Notes: a model not told the origin generated them from the letters alone. 53,284 nucleotides of DNA from Armatimonadota bacterium (GCA_052387355.1 JBQTJG010000551.1:1-53284); one strand, 5' to 3'. Positions 36,488 to 46,272 are shown, numbered from the stretch's first letter. A program made the numbers and translations.

Positions 36488-37104
36488 TCTTCGGCGCCGA
36501 TTCGCGCACGATACCCCTTCGGATCATCGCCATTCTGATCGCTGTGACCGTGCATGAGTATGCGCACGCCTGGATGGCCGACCGGCTCGGCGATCCGACG
36601 CCCCGCATGCGCGGGCGGCTGTCGCTTAACCCGCTCGTGCACCTCGACATCATGGGAACGCTGCTCTTGCTGATCGCGGGGTTCGGGTGGGCGAAACCCG
36701 TCGAGGTGAACCCCCGATACTTCACGAACTGGCGACGAGGCATGCTGATCGTGGCTGCGGCCGGGCCGCTCTCGAACGTAACGCTTGCGTTCCTGATCGG
36801 TCTGTTATTCCAGTTCGGACTCCTCGATCCCTCGATGTGGGTGGGACGGCTGGCGTTGTACACGATCTACCTGAACCTCGTGCTCGCAATCTTCAACCTG
36901 CTGCCGGTGCCGCCGCTGGATGGCTCCAAGATCCTCTCGGGGATTCTGCCGCCCGCGCAGGCCCTGGTCTATGACCGGCTCGCGCCCTACGGGCCGCTCG
37001 TGCTCCTGGCGCTCATCCTGCTCCCGGGCAGCTTCTTCGGATCCCTGCTGGGTCCGCCGGTGTCCTGGCTGTTCGCCTACGCCGTGGGATCGGGCGGATT
37101 CTGA
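36484..37104 (+). CDS. Site-2 protease family (M50) membrane metalloprotease
   Basis: HEYAH, AGPLSN, NLLPVPPLDG. Confidence 0.9.
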   Translation: MIFGADSRTIPLRIIAILIAVTVHEYAHAWMADRLGDPTPRMRGRLSLNPLVHLDIMGTLLLLIAGFGWAKPVEVNPRYFTNWRRGMLIVAAAGPLSNVTLAFLIGLLFQFGLLDPSMWVGRLALYTIYLNLVLAIFNLLPVPPLDGSKILSGILPPAQALVYDRLAPYGPLVLLALILLPGSFFGSLLGPPVSWLFAYAVGSGGF

Positions 37105-37856
37105 TGCGACAGCAGTCTCCGGGGCCTTCATCGCACAGTCTGGCGAGCGGGTACACGGTCAAGGTCCCGGGGTTCGAAGGTCCGCTCGACCTGCTGGTCA
37201 CGCTGGCCCATCAAGGGAAGATCGATCTCACAACCGTTTCGCTCGCCGACCTGACGACCGAGTTCCTCGATCGCACGAAACGCTCCGTCGACCTCAACGA
37301 GGCTACCGAGGCGTTGTGGATGCTGGCGGCGCTGGTTGAGATGAAAGCCAAGCTCCTGCTGCCGAAGCCACCGCCTCCCGAGCCGCTTCCCGAAACTGAG
37401 GCGAGCGATTTGCCAGAGCGCCTGGAGGAGCAACTCAGCGAGTATCGCGCCTTCAAGGACGCCGCAGAGGCGCTCCGGGCGCTCGAAGAGCTTCAGCAGC
37501 GCGTGTTTGCGCGATCCCCGCAACCCGGCGAACCATCCGAGCTGCTGCTGGATGGCGTGACAGTGGACGATTTGTTCAAGGCCTTCCAGGCCGTGCTGAC
37601 GCGCGTCCGCACGGAGCGGGCGGCCGAGGTGGCGGACGAGCCTGTACGGGTCGCCGACCGGAAGATCGCCATCCTCGCCGCGCTCCGCCGGTCTCCGCAG
37701 GGCCTGGAATTTTCCGCCCTGTTCCCCGACCGCGCGACCCTGGTCCTCGTGATCGTCACGTTCCTGGCGCTGCTCGAGCTCATCAAAGAGCGGCTGGTGC
37801 GCGTCCAGCAGCCCTCGCCACTCGCGCCGATTCTTGTGATTGCCGTGTCCGTATGA
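37104..37856 (+). CDS. scpA: Segregation and condensation protein A
   Basis: FEGPLDLL, KAKLLLP, VTFLALLEL. Confidence 0.9.
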   Translation: MRQQSPGPSSHSLASGYTVKVPGFEGPLDLLVTLAHQGKIDLTTVSLADLTTEFLDRTKRSVDLNEATEALWMLAALVEMKAKLLLPKPPPPEPLPETEASDLPERLEEQLSEYRAFKDAAEALRALEELQQRVFARSPQPGEPSELLLDGVTVDDLFKAFQAVLTRVRTERAAEVADEPVRVADRKIAILAALRRSPQGLEFSALFPDRATLVLVIVTFLALLELIKERLVRVQQPSPLAPILVIAVSV

Positions 37857-38476
37857 GCCTGGACCCGTCCCTTCAACCCGAGGCGTCTCCGCCGCAGGAC
37901 GACGTCGATGTCAACTCCCCGGCCGCGGATGAGGAAGAACCGGCTGTGGCGTCGCAGGGCGCGGCGATCGAAAGCCTGTTGTTCGTCGCCGACCGCCCGG
38001 TCTCGCTGGACCGTCTTGGTGGGCTGCTCGACATCCCTCTGGGGACGGCCCGGCAGGCGCTTGAACACCTGCGCAGGCGCCTGGCAAGCGGTGGGCTGAT
38101 GCTTCAAACGGTCGCCGGCGGCTATCAGATCTGCACCCGCCCTGAGCATGCCGAGACGGTACGCCGCTTCCTGCAGCTTGAGCACGGCGAGGCCCTGACG
38201 CGCGGCGCGCTGGAGACGCTGGCCGTGATCGCGTATCGCCAGCCTGCGACACGAGGCGACATCGAAGGGATTCGTGGAGTCCGGAGCGACTGGCACATCG
38301 AGCGGCTTCTTGAGCGGCAGGTGATCCGCGAGGTCGGCCGGCGGCACACCGTTGGGCGTCCTGTGCTGTTTGGGACGACCGAGCTCTTCCTCCGATACTT
38401 CGGGTTGAACGACCTTTCCGACCTACCCCCGATGGGCGATCAGGGCGTCCAGGTCCTGCTCGACGCAGTGCGGTGA
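37853..38476 (+). CDS. scpB: Segregation and condensation protein B
   Basis: IESLLF, VAGGYQ, LETLAVIAYRQP, IRGV, GRP..FGTT..FL..FGL. Confidence 0.93.
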   Translation: MSLDPSLQPEASPPQDDVDVNSPAADEEEPAVASQGAAIESLLFVADRPVSLDRLGGLLDIPLGTARQALEHLRRRLASGGLMLQTVAGGYQICTRPEHAETVRRFLQLEHGEALTRGALETLAVIAYRQPATRGDIEGIRGVRSDWHIERLLERQVIREVGRRHTVGRPVLFGTTELFLRYFGLNDLSDLPPMGDQGVQVLLDAVR

Positions 38477-39621
38477 GACCGAGACGCGACGTGAGGAGGC
38501 CGATGACGTGGCGGCCGGTCCTTGTTGCGTTGCTCGCCATGATCCAGGGGATAGGAGCACCCGCCGGCGTGACAACCCGCGAGGCCCGCGGCGCCACAGG
38601 CCCGCCGCTGCCGGTCGCTGCCACATCGTCCCGGGCGGCAGCCGGACCGGTCGCCGCCGTGCTCATGGATGTCGGGACGGGACGGCTCCTCTATGCGCGC
38701 GACGTCCACAGGCGGATGGCGCCTGCGTCGACCACCAAGATCCTGACAGCGATCCTGGCGATCGAGCGGCTCTCACCGGGCGCGACCATTACCATCAGCG
38801 CCGGGGTCGGCGGCGTGCGGACAGGGACGACGATCGGCGTGGAAGCAGGAGAAACCTGGAAGGTGCGTGATCTGCTGCACGCTATGATGGTGCGCTCCGC
38901 CAATGACGCGGCGGTCGCCCTCGCCGAGGGTGTCTCAGGAAAGGTCGAGCGATTTGTCTCGCTGATGAATGCGAGGGCCCGGCAGATCGGCGCGCGCAAC
39001 TCCCACTTCACGAACCCGCACGGCCTTCATGAATCCGCGCACTACACGACGGCCTATGATCTGGCGTTGATCACACACCATGCGCTGCGTCATCCGCACT
39101 TCGCCGCGATGGTGAGCATGCACACCTGGGAGCTCGCGCGCCCTGACCGGCTCCCGCAGGAGTTCGCCAACACGAACAAGCTGCTCGACCGGTATGCGGG
39201 AGCCGACGGCGTGAAAACCGGATGGACGGCGGCCTCCGGACACACACTGGTGGCATCAGCCACCCGTGATCACTGGCAGCTCCTCGCGGTCGTGCTGAAG
39301 AGTCAGGACAGCTATCGGGACGTTGAGCAATTGCTCGACTACGGGTTCCAGACATTCGCGCCGGTGACGGTCGCGCGGCGCGGCGAGACGCTTGCGAGCG
39401 TGACAGTGGGAAGGCGCCGCGGGCGTCTCGTCGCCATGGTCCCTGCGGATGTCCATGCGGTGGTCCGCCGTGGGGCGGCGGTCTCCTCCCGCGTCTCGCT
39501 GCGCTCTGGCCTGCATCCTCCGATCTCCGCGGGAGAACGCGTCGGCGACGTACAGTTCATCGAGGGTCAGAGCGTGGTGGCTCGTTCTGCGCTGATCGCG
39601 GCCTACCGCGTGGCGCCATGA
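38473..39621 (+). CDS. D-alanyl-D-alanine carboxypeptidase (S11)
   Basis: SxxK (STTK), SxN (SAN), KTG, NPHGL, signal peptide; start 38473 or 38503. Confidence 0.9.
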   Translation: MRPRRDVRRPMTWRPVLVALLAMIQGIGAPAGVTTREARGATGPPLPVAATSSRAAAGPVAAVLMDVGTGRLLYARDVHRRMAPASTTKILTAILAIERLSPGATITISAGVGGVRTGTTIGVEAGETWKVRDLLHAMMVRSANDAAVALAEGVSGKVERFVSLMNARARQIGARNSHFTNPHGLHESAHYTTAYDLALITHHALRHPHFAAMVSMHTWELARPDRLPQEFANTNKLLDRYAGADGVKTGWTAASGHTLVASATRDHWQLLAVVLKSQDSYRDVEQLLDYGFQTFAPVTVARRGETLASVTVGRRRGRLVAMVPADVHAVVRRGAAVSSRVSLRSGLHPPISAGERVGDVQFIEGQSVVARSALIAAYRVAP

Positions 39622-39634
39622 CCTCCACACCGAC

Positions 39635-40225
39635 ATGAAGGCCGAACGCCTGAAGTGGGACGCCCGCTATCAATCGGGGGAGTATTCACATGACGGGCCG
39701 CCCTCGAGGCTCCTCCGGCGGTGGCTGCCCCAGTTGCGACGGGGACGCGCGCTGGACGTCGCGACCGGGCTCGGCCGTAATGCGCTGTTCCTGGCCAGGG
39801 CGGGATTTCGCGTCGATGCGATCGACATTTCGCCGACAGGCCTACGAGAGGCTGCACGCCGGGCGCGACGGGCCCGACTCCGCGTGCGATGGATTGAGGC
39901 CGACCTGGACACCTACCAGTTCGGGAAGGATCAATATGACGTGGTTGTGAACGCCTTTATTCTCAAACGGCGGCTATTCCCCGCCCTGCGGTCCGCTGTG
40001 CGGCCCGGTGGGGTCATGATCGTCGAAACCCACTTGACGGAGCCGCAGCCCGACGGTGGACCGACCAGCCGGACGCACCGTCTTCGGCATGGGGAATTGG
40101 GACGGCGCTTCCGTGATTGGGACGTCCTGGAGGTCGAGGAGGGCCTCTTCACGGAAGGCGGCCGCAGTTGGCTGCTGGGGCGCATTGTGGCCCGGCGCCC
40201 GCCTCGGCGAGGTCGTTCACGATGA
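39635..40225 (+). CDS. Class I SAM-dependent methyltransferase (TehB-like)
   Basis: WDARY, ALDVATGLGRN, DAIDIS, RPGG. Confidence 0.8.
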   Translation: MKAERLKWDARYQSGEYSHDGPPSRLLRRWLPQLRRGRALDVATGLGRNALFLARAGFRVDAIDISPTGLREAARRARRARLRVRWIEADLDTYQFGKDQYDVVVNAFILKRRLFPALRSAVRPGGVMIVETHLTEPQPDGGPTSRTHRLRHGELGRRFRDWDVLEVEEGLFTEGGRSWLLGRIVARRPPRRGRSR

Positions 40226-41097
40226 GACAGACGCTGTGGGTGCTTGCGGTCGGTCTTGCGATCGCTGTAGGGCTCGCCGCCCCCGGAGCGTCGGCTGGCG
40301 TCGCCGCGCGCTTTCCATTGACGGTCACCGACGCGACGGGAAACGTCGTCGTCGTCCCGAGCCAGCCTCGACGGATCATCTCGCTCGCACCCAGCGTCAC
40401 CGAAATCCTGTTCGCGCTGGGGCTCGACCGCGAAATCGTGGGCCTGAGCGACTCGGATGACTACCCACCCGACAAGGTGCAGGCGAAGGTCCGCATCGGC
40501 GGGGTGGCGATCAACTTCGAACGTGTGGTGTCGCTGAGACCCGATCTCGTCATCGGCATACCGAGCCTGCAACGCGACCAGCTTGGGCGCCTCAAGTCGC
40601 TTGGCCTCACGGTTTTGGCCGTGGACGCGGCATCGATCGAGGAGACCATCGCTCAGGTCAGTCTGCTCGGACGGGCCACGGGTCGCACGCGCCAGGCTGA
40701 CGAACTGGTCGCCTCGATCCAGCGGCGCGCGCAGGTCGTGCAGCGAGCCGCACGGACGACCGTCTACATCGAGGTGTGGAATGAGCCGGTGATCGTCGCC
40801 ACTGGTGATACGTTGATCAACGACCTGGTGACGCGGGCGGGCGGGGTGAACATCTTTGCCGATCGACGAGGCTACGCACAGGTCCCCTTAGAAGCCGTCC
40901 TGGTGCGGAATCCGCAGGTGATCTTTCTGCTCTACCCCGGGCGGGACCGCCTGCGCGGCCGTCCCGGGTGGCGCGCGATCGAGGCTGCGCGGAACGGTCG
41001 CATCACCGAGCTGCCGACCGAGCTGGTAAGCCGACCCGGGCCCCGCATCGTGGAGGGCCTCGCCCTCGTCTCGCGCATCCTCTTGGGCGCGCAGTAG
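40222..41097 (+). CDS. btuF: Cobalamin/siderophore ABC substrate-binding protein
   Basis: Signal peptide, FPLTVTDATG, RIISLAPSVTEILFALG, SRPGPRI. Confidence 0.78.
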   Translation: MRQTLWVLAVGLAIAVGLAAPGASAGVAARFPLTVTDATGNVVVVPSQPRRIISLAPSVTEILFALGLDREIVGLSDSDDYPPDKVQAKVRIGGVAINFERVVSLRPDLVIGIPSLQRDQLGRLKSLGLTVLAVDAASIEETIAQVSLLGRATGRTRQADELVASIQRRAQVVQRAARTTVYIEVWNEPVIVATGDTLINDLVTRAGGVNIFADRRGYAQVPLEAVLVRNPQVIFLLYPGRDRLRGRPGWRAIEAARNGRITELPTELVSRPGPRIVEGLALVSRILLGAQ

Positions 41098-41104
41098 GCG
41101 CGAG

Positions 41105-42382
41105 GTGAACAGCGCGCGCCGCATCGAGATCGCCGGTCTCACCTGCCGTCTCGGTGAGGTGACGGCGCTCGACGACGTGTCCCTCACGATTCCCGCCGGC
41201 GTCCTGTTCGGGCTCGTGGGGCCTAACGGCGCGGGCAAGACGACCCTTCTGCGGGCCATTGCCGGCGCGATAGGGCCGGCGGCCGGAGGCGTCTTGATCG
41301 ATGGCCGGGATCCAGGCTCCACGCCCGTGCAAGACCTGGCGCGCTTGATGGCGGTGCTTCCTCAACGTCCGGTCGCGCCTGTGGGTGTGACGGTCCGGGA
41401 GACCGTCGGATGGGGAAGAGGGCCGCATCTTGGGCGTTTGTCGCGTCCGGGTCCAGACGATCTGCGAGTCATCGACGAGGCCCTGACGGACACGGATACG
41501 CTGGAGCTGGCAGATCGCCCGATAGATGCCTTGAGTGGCGGCGAGCACCATCGAGTCCTGATCGCGCGGGCTCTGGCTCAGGGCCCAAGGATCCTGCTTC
41601 TCGACGAGCCCACGGTCCATCTGGACATTGGCCACCAGGTGGACGTGATGGATCTCTTGCTGAGGCTCGCCGGACGCGGGCTGACGATCGTCGCAGCCCT
41701 GCACGATCTCAATCTTGCCGCTGCCTCGTGCGACAGTCTGGCCCTGCTCTCGGCGGGTCGCGTGCTGGCCTGCGGTGAGCCGGCCGAGGTGCTGCGGCCC
41801 GATCTCATCAGGCTCGCCTATGGCGCCGCGGTGACGGTTCGTGTCAACCCATCATCGGGCCGGCCCTATCTCATCGTGGCGGGGAAAGCCGGCAGCGCCG
41901 CGTCCGGGCCCCGTCTGCATGTCATCTGCGGCGGCGGCACCGGTGCCGAGATCCTCGCCCGTTGTGTCGAAGCCGGCTATCGTGTGAGTGTGGGCGTGGT
42001 CCATGTGATGGATACTGACGAGGAGGCGGCGCGCGCGCTCGGCCTCGAGGTGATCGAGGAGGCGCCTTTCTCGCCTGTACGTCACGAGACGGCAGCCGCC
42101 GCGACCGCTGCGGCACTCGCGTCTGATGTGGTGTTGGTCACGCCCATCCCGGTTGGCCCGGGCAACCTTCGTAACTTGGAGGTGGCGGAATCGGCCCTCG
42201 CAGCGGGGATTCCCGTCATCCTGGTCGATGGGATCGCGCAGCGGGACTTCACAGGTGGGGCCGCGGCGGCGGCGGCGGTCCGGCTGGCCGCAGGCGGCGC
42301 TCGTGTGGTTCCCAACGTGCAGACTGCCCTTCTTACTCTGAGGCGGCTCGCGCCGCCCGGTAGAGGCGCCCGGGAGGGGTAG
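41105..42382 (+). CDS. Cobalamin/Fe-complex ABC ATPase with C-terminal extra domain
   Basis: [28 protein letters not shown]; extension HVICGGGTG...PFSP...GNLRNL. Confidence 0.82.
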   Translation: MNSARRIEIAGLTCRLGEVTALDDVSLTIPAGVLFGLVGPNGAGKTTLLRAIAGAIGPAAGGVLIDGRDPGSTPVQDLARLMAVLPQRPVAPVGVTVRETVGWGRGPHLGRLSRPGPDDLRVIDEALTDTDTLELADRPIDALSGGEHHRVLIARALAQGPRILLLDEPTVHLDIGHQVDVMDLLLRLAGRGLTIVAALHDLNLAAASCDSLALLSAGRVLACGEPAEVLRPDLIRLAYGAAVTVRVNPSSGRPYLIVAGKAGSAASGPRLHVICGGGTGAEILARCVEAGYRVSVGVVHVMDTDEEAARALGLEVIEEAPFSPVRHETAAAATAAALASDVVLVTPIPVGPGNLRNLEVAESALAAGIPVILVDGIAQRDFTGGAAAAAAVRLAAGGARVVPNVQTALLTLRRLAPPGRGAREG

Positions 42383-42384
42383 GC

Positions 42385-43068
42385 GTGGCCGTACGCAAGC
42401 CTGTGGTGACAATCGACGGTCCCACGGCGGCAGGGAAGTCAACGGTGGCACGCGCCGTTGCCCGCCGGCTGGGATTCCAGTATGTTGACACCGGTGCCAT
42501 GTACCGGTCGGTGGCGATTGCCGCCATCCGCCAGGGCAGAGACCTGACCGATGACGACGCGCTTGCACATCTCGCGTCCACGCTGATGATCAAGTTTCGC
42601 GAGGATGACGCGGGCACCCGCGTGTTCGTGAACGGGGAGGACGTCACCTCGTCGATCCGCTCCCCTGAGGTGAGCAACGCGGCATCGATCGTGAGCACCT
42701 CCCCGCGTGTGCGGTCTGCCCTCGTGGCCCGGCAGCGCGCCCTGGCCGCAGAGGGGGGCGCCGTCATGGAGGGGCGGGACATCGGCACCGTCGTCTTCCC
42801 CGACGCTGAGGTCAAAGTGTTCCTGAATGCGAATCTGGACGCCAGGGCGACCCGGCGTCACGCGGAGCTCGTGGCGCGCGGCGTCAAGATCGAGCTTGAC
42901 GAAGTCAGGCACCAGGACGCCGAGCGAGACCGGCGCGATGAAACCCGGCAACACTCGCCGCTGCGCCCCGCTGCTGATGCGATCATCCTCGATACGACGA
43001 CGCAGACGCCGGAGGAGATCACGGACGCCATCGTCCGGCTCGTCCGGGAGCGCACGGGAACAGGCTAG
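42385..43068 (+). CDS. cmk: Cytidylate kinase
   Basis: IDGPTAAGKST, DTGAMYR, EGRDIGTVVFPDA. Confidence 0.95.
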   Translation: MAVRKPVVTIDGPTAAGKSTVARAVARRLGFQYVDTGAMYRSVAIAAIRQGRDLTDDDALAHLASTLMIKFREDDAGTRVFVNGEDVTSSIRSPEVSNAASIVSTSPRVRSALVARQRALAAEGGAVMEGRDIGTVVFPDAEVKVFLNANLDARATRRHAELVARGVKIELDEVRHQDAERDRRDETRQHSPLRPAADAIILDTTTQTPEEITDAIVRLVRERTGTG

Positions 43069-43070
43069 CC

Positions 43071-43757
43071 GTGTGGTATAATTGCTGGAAGGGGTTTCTG
43101 GCTGTATGTTTCTGGGCGTTGTTCCGCTTGCGCGTCGAGGGGCGCGAGCACGAACCGGAACGCGGCACCGTCCTGGCGATCTGCAACCATGCGAGCGCTA
43201 TTGATCCACCGATCGCCGGGGTGGCGCTGTGCCGTCAGGCCCGATACATGGGGAAGGAGGAACTCGTGCGCACCCCTATCCTCGGCCCGCTTTTGCGGTC
43301 GATCGGGGTATTCCCCGTACGCCGTGGCGAGGCGGACCGCCAGTCGATCCGCACGGCGTTTCAGATCTTGGGGAGGGGAGACGTATTGGTGATGTTCCCT
43401 GAGGGGACGCGCAGTTCTGACGGTCGCCTGCGTGCTGCCGAGCCGGGCGCAGCGCTGCTCGCGCTGCGCAGCGGCGCAACGGTGCTCCCGATGGCCGTGA
43501 TCGGGAGCCACCTCGCCATGCCGAAGGGCGCGCGGTTTCCCCGGCGCGTTCCCGTGCTGGTGCGGTTTGGGCCGGTGATCAAGGTCCCCAAGCACGAGGG
43601 GCGGATAGACCGCACGGTGCTGGATGCCTGGGGCCGACGGTTCATGGCGGCGATTGCCGCGCTCCTGCCTGCGGACCAACAGCCTGGGCCTGAGGCGCTG
43701 GAGGCGCCTGGATCGTCGAGGGGCTCAGCACCAACAGCGCTGCTGCGTGAACCCTGA
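43071..43757 (+). CDS. plsC: 1-acyl-sn-glycerol-3-phosphate acyltransferase
   Basis: NHxxxxD (NHASAID), FPEGTRS. Confidence 0.9.
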   Translation: MWYNCWKGFLAVCFWALFRLRVEGREHEPERGTVLAICNHASAIDPPIAGVALCRQARYMGKEELVRTPILGPLLRSIGVFPVRRGEADRQSIRTAFQILGRGDVLVMFPEGTRSSDGRLRAAEPGAALLALRSGATVLPMAVIGSHLAMPKGARFPRRVPVLVRFGPVIKVPKHEGRIDRTVLDAWGRRFMAAIAALLPADQQPGPEALEAPGSSRGSAPTALLREP

Positions 43758-44586
43758 AGACCGCGGGCAGAGTCCCGATCGATTCGCCGTCCGCCTGGAT
43801 CGCCAGGGACGTCGAGCCGGTGACGTGAATCTCCCGTCCCTGGACCTGCCGGACCTTCCGGTGCGTCAGATGACGGCCTGAGAAGACTTTCGGAAGCACC
43901 ACCAGCATCTCGAACCGGCTGAGCGGCCCGGCGATCACGGCGTGCAGCACGCCGTCGTCCGGCCGGGCTGAAGGTACCAGCCACATGCCCCCGGCGTTCC
44001 ACGCGGTGTTACCGACCGCGATCAGGAACAGCCGCTCCCGACTGACGGCGCCATCCACGGTGATTTCCACCTCGACCGGTCGGTAGGTCGCGAGCATCTT
44101 TAGAATCCCCAGCACGTACATGACCGTGCCGCCGAAGACCTTGGGCCAGGCGTTGACCTGCCGCGCCACCTCGCCATCGAATCCCGCGCCCGCAATCGTG
44201 AGGAAGTACCGGCCGTTCACCTCGCCGAGATCGATGGCACGGGGCCGTGCGGTGACCAGCGCGGCGGCGGCGGCGACAGGCTCGCGGGGTAGGCCGAGCG
44301 CGCGCGCGAAGTCGTTGCCGGTCCCGACCGGGATCACACCCAGCGCGGGGCGCTGGCTGGAGGCCATCAGGCCGTTGGCGACCTCGTGCGCCGTCCCGTC
44401 CCCTCCGACAGCCAGGAGGACGTCCGCGGTGGAGGCGGCGGCCAAGTCCCTGGCATGACCCCGGCGTATCGACAGGCTCTCGGTGATCTGCCATCCTGCT
44501 TCTTCGATGATCGGCCGGGCGTCTCGCCAAAGCCTGGCGCCCCGGGACCCGCCGGCGATGGGATTAATGATGGCGTGCGCGTGCAT
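43642..44586 (-). CDS. Diacylglycerol kinase / YegS family lipid kinase
   Basis: IINPIAG, GGDGT, PVGTGNDFAR, GFDGEV, QADGE; start ATG 44586. Confidence 0.88.
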   Translation of the reverse strand: MHAHAIINPIAGGSRGARLWRDARPIIEEAGWQITESLSIRRGHARDLAAASTADVLLAVGGDGTAHEVANGLMASSQRPALGVIPVGTGNDFARALGLPREPVAAAAALVTARPRAIDLGEVNGRYFLTIAGAGFDGEVARQVNAWPKVFGGTVMYVLGILKMLATYRPVEVEITVDGAVSRERLFLIAVGNTAWNAGGMWLVPSARPDDGVLHAVIAGPLSRFEMLVVLPKVFSGRHLTHRKVRQVQGREIHVTGSTSLAIQADGESIGTLPAVFRVHAAALLVLSPSTIQAPPAPQAQAVGPQAGARQSPP

Positions 44587-44666
44587 CACTGACAAACTAC
44601 GGGAGCGCGCGCCGGACTCCTCCCCTGGCAGGAGTTTGCGCCGGCATGCGCGGACTTTTGTTCTCG

Positions 44667-45038
44667 ATGGCCGCATCGAAGAGCGCTGACGCTCCAGTCA
44701 TCATCGAGGTCCTGGCGCCGAGCCTGGTTGGCACGGGCCTGCCCCGCGTGGTCAGGGAGGCCCGCCGGCCGCACGTCCCGGGTCCGTGGGATGTCGGGAG
44801 CGACGGAGCCTACCTCCTGATGCGGTTTCTCGACCGGCTGCACGAGGAGTTTGGCGCCGGCGTCGTGGTCCACGTCGTCGAGCCCCTGTCCTTCGCCTGG
44901 ATGCTGCGCGTCCTTCGCCATCGCCCGCGTCGCTATCCGGCGTTTATCATTGGCGGTCGGGAAGTGGTATCTGGAGGTGATGAGCACGTGGTCGCCCGGA
45001 TCGCCAGCTTGCTCCGGGCCAGACCCGCCGGCAGGTGA
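44667..45038 (+). CDS. Hypothetical protein, possibly thioredoxin-like fold without CxxC
   Basis: Fills the gap between dgk and the SBP gene; RYPAFIIGG resembles the cis-Pro strand of thioredoxin folds. Confidence 0.5.
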   Translation: MAASKSADAPVIIEVLAPSLVGTGLPRVVREARRPHVPGPWDVGSDGAYLLMRFLDRLHEEFGAGVVVHVVEPLSFAWMLRVLRHRPRRYPAFIIGGREVVSGGDEHVVARIASLLRARPAGR

Positions 45039-45129
45039 GTCGAGGAGTTTGCGGGCCAGTGGTCGAAGACGACGCCATGTCGAGGCGAGCACCTCTGAGC
45101 AAACGTTCCCGACGTACAGGGAGGCTGTC

Positions 45130-46272
45130 ATGAAAACGCACGGGATTGTGTGGATGGTCATCGCAACCATCACCATGACGCTGCTAGGATGGCCTGGTGT
45201 CCGAACGCAGGCCCAGACGACGGTGGAGGACCGGCTGGTCATCATCACGCCAGTGGCCCGCTCGGTTGCGGATCCGGCAGTGGCCGCGTTCCGTGACTTT
45301 GCGCGACAGCGTTTCAATGTCACCGTGAACGTGACCGTGGTCTCCGCCGGCACCCCGGTGGCGTACGGTCGCATCCGCGAATGGGGCGGACGACCCGAGG
45401 CCGACATCTTCTGGGGCGGGGAGCCGGCGCTCTTCGATGATCTGGCCGAGCGCAAGCTGCTGGCCGCGCTAGAGCTACCCGAAGCAGCGCTGCGCGAGAT
45501 CCCGGCGTCGATCGGCACGCCGAAGCCAGTGCCGCTCAAAGATCCCCGCGGCTTCTGGGTTGGCTGCTGCCTCACGCCGTACGGTTTGGTCTGGCAGCCC
45601 CGGCTGCTGCGGCGGTTGGGGATGGAAGCGATCCGCGACTGGGATGATCTGCTGGACTGCCGTCTGAAGGGCCAGATCGCGCAGGCGACGCCCGACCGGT
45701 CGAGTTCCAATCACGCCTCGTACGAGGTGGTGCTGCAGAAGCTCGGATGGCAGAGGGGCTGGGAGTGGGCGGCGCGCCTGGGCGCCAACACCGGCATTTT
45801 CGTGGCCCGCAGCCGTGACGTCCCGACGGTCGTCGCCAAGGGGGAGTTTGCCGTTGGGTTCGCCGTGCCGGCGTACATGGCGTTCGAGGATCTCTTGTCC
45901 GGATTCGATCTGAAGTATTTGACGCCGGTCGCCGGATTCGTCACGCCCGAGCCACTGGCGGTGATCGCGGGGTCGCGCAGCCCCCGGGCGGCCAGGGCCT
46001 TCATCCAGTTCATCCTGAGCGACGAAGGCCAGCGGGTGGTGATGTCGAGGGGTGAGTACGGCATCACCCCGAAGCACCGGATGGAGGGCCCCGCCGGATC
46101 GGACGTCGAGAAGGTGGCGCAGTTCACCGGCACGCGGTCGTTCTTCGACAAGCCCGTCCAGAACATCTACGACGACAACGTGGCGCAGGGGCGCTACAGC
46201 CTGGTGAATGATACCTTCCGCAAGCTCATCGTGGAGCGCCACAACGAGCTGAAGCGGCTGCACTGCCAGTAA
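45130..46272 (+). CDS. AfuA/FbpA-like ABC substrate-binding protein
   Basis: Signal peptide, PEADIFWGG, WDDLL, PDRSSS, VAKGEFAVG, ARAFIQFILS; AGGGAGG RBS. Confidence 0.82.
   Translation: MKTHGIVWMVIATITMTLLGWPGVRTQAQTTVEDRLVIITPVARSVADPAVAAFRDFARQRFNVTVNVTVVSAGTPVAYGRIREWGGRPEADIFWGGEPALFDDLAERKLLAALELPEAALREIPASIGTPKPVPLKDPRGFWVGCCLTPYGLVWQPRLLRRLGMEAIRDWDDLLDCRLKGQIAQATPDRSSSNHASYEVVLQKLGWQRGWEWAARLGANTGIFVARSRDVPTVVAKGEFAVGFAVPAYMAFEDLLSGFDLKYLTPVAGFVTPEPLAVIAGSRSPRAARAFIQFILSDEGQRVVMSRGEYGITPKHRMEGPAGSDVEKVAQFTGTRSFFDKPVQNIYDDNVAQGRYSLVNDTFRKLIVERHNELKRLHCQ

Noticed and set aside
36484-37104. Site-2 protease as the RseP partner of the ECF anti-sigma
   Set aside because: Small PDZ-less M50 type in a conserved scpAB neighbourhood; nothing in the sequence links it to the ECF operon.
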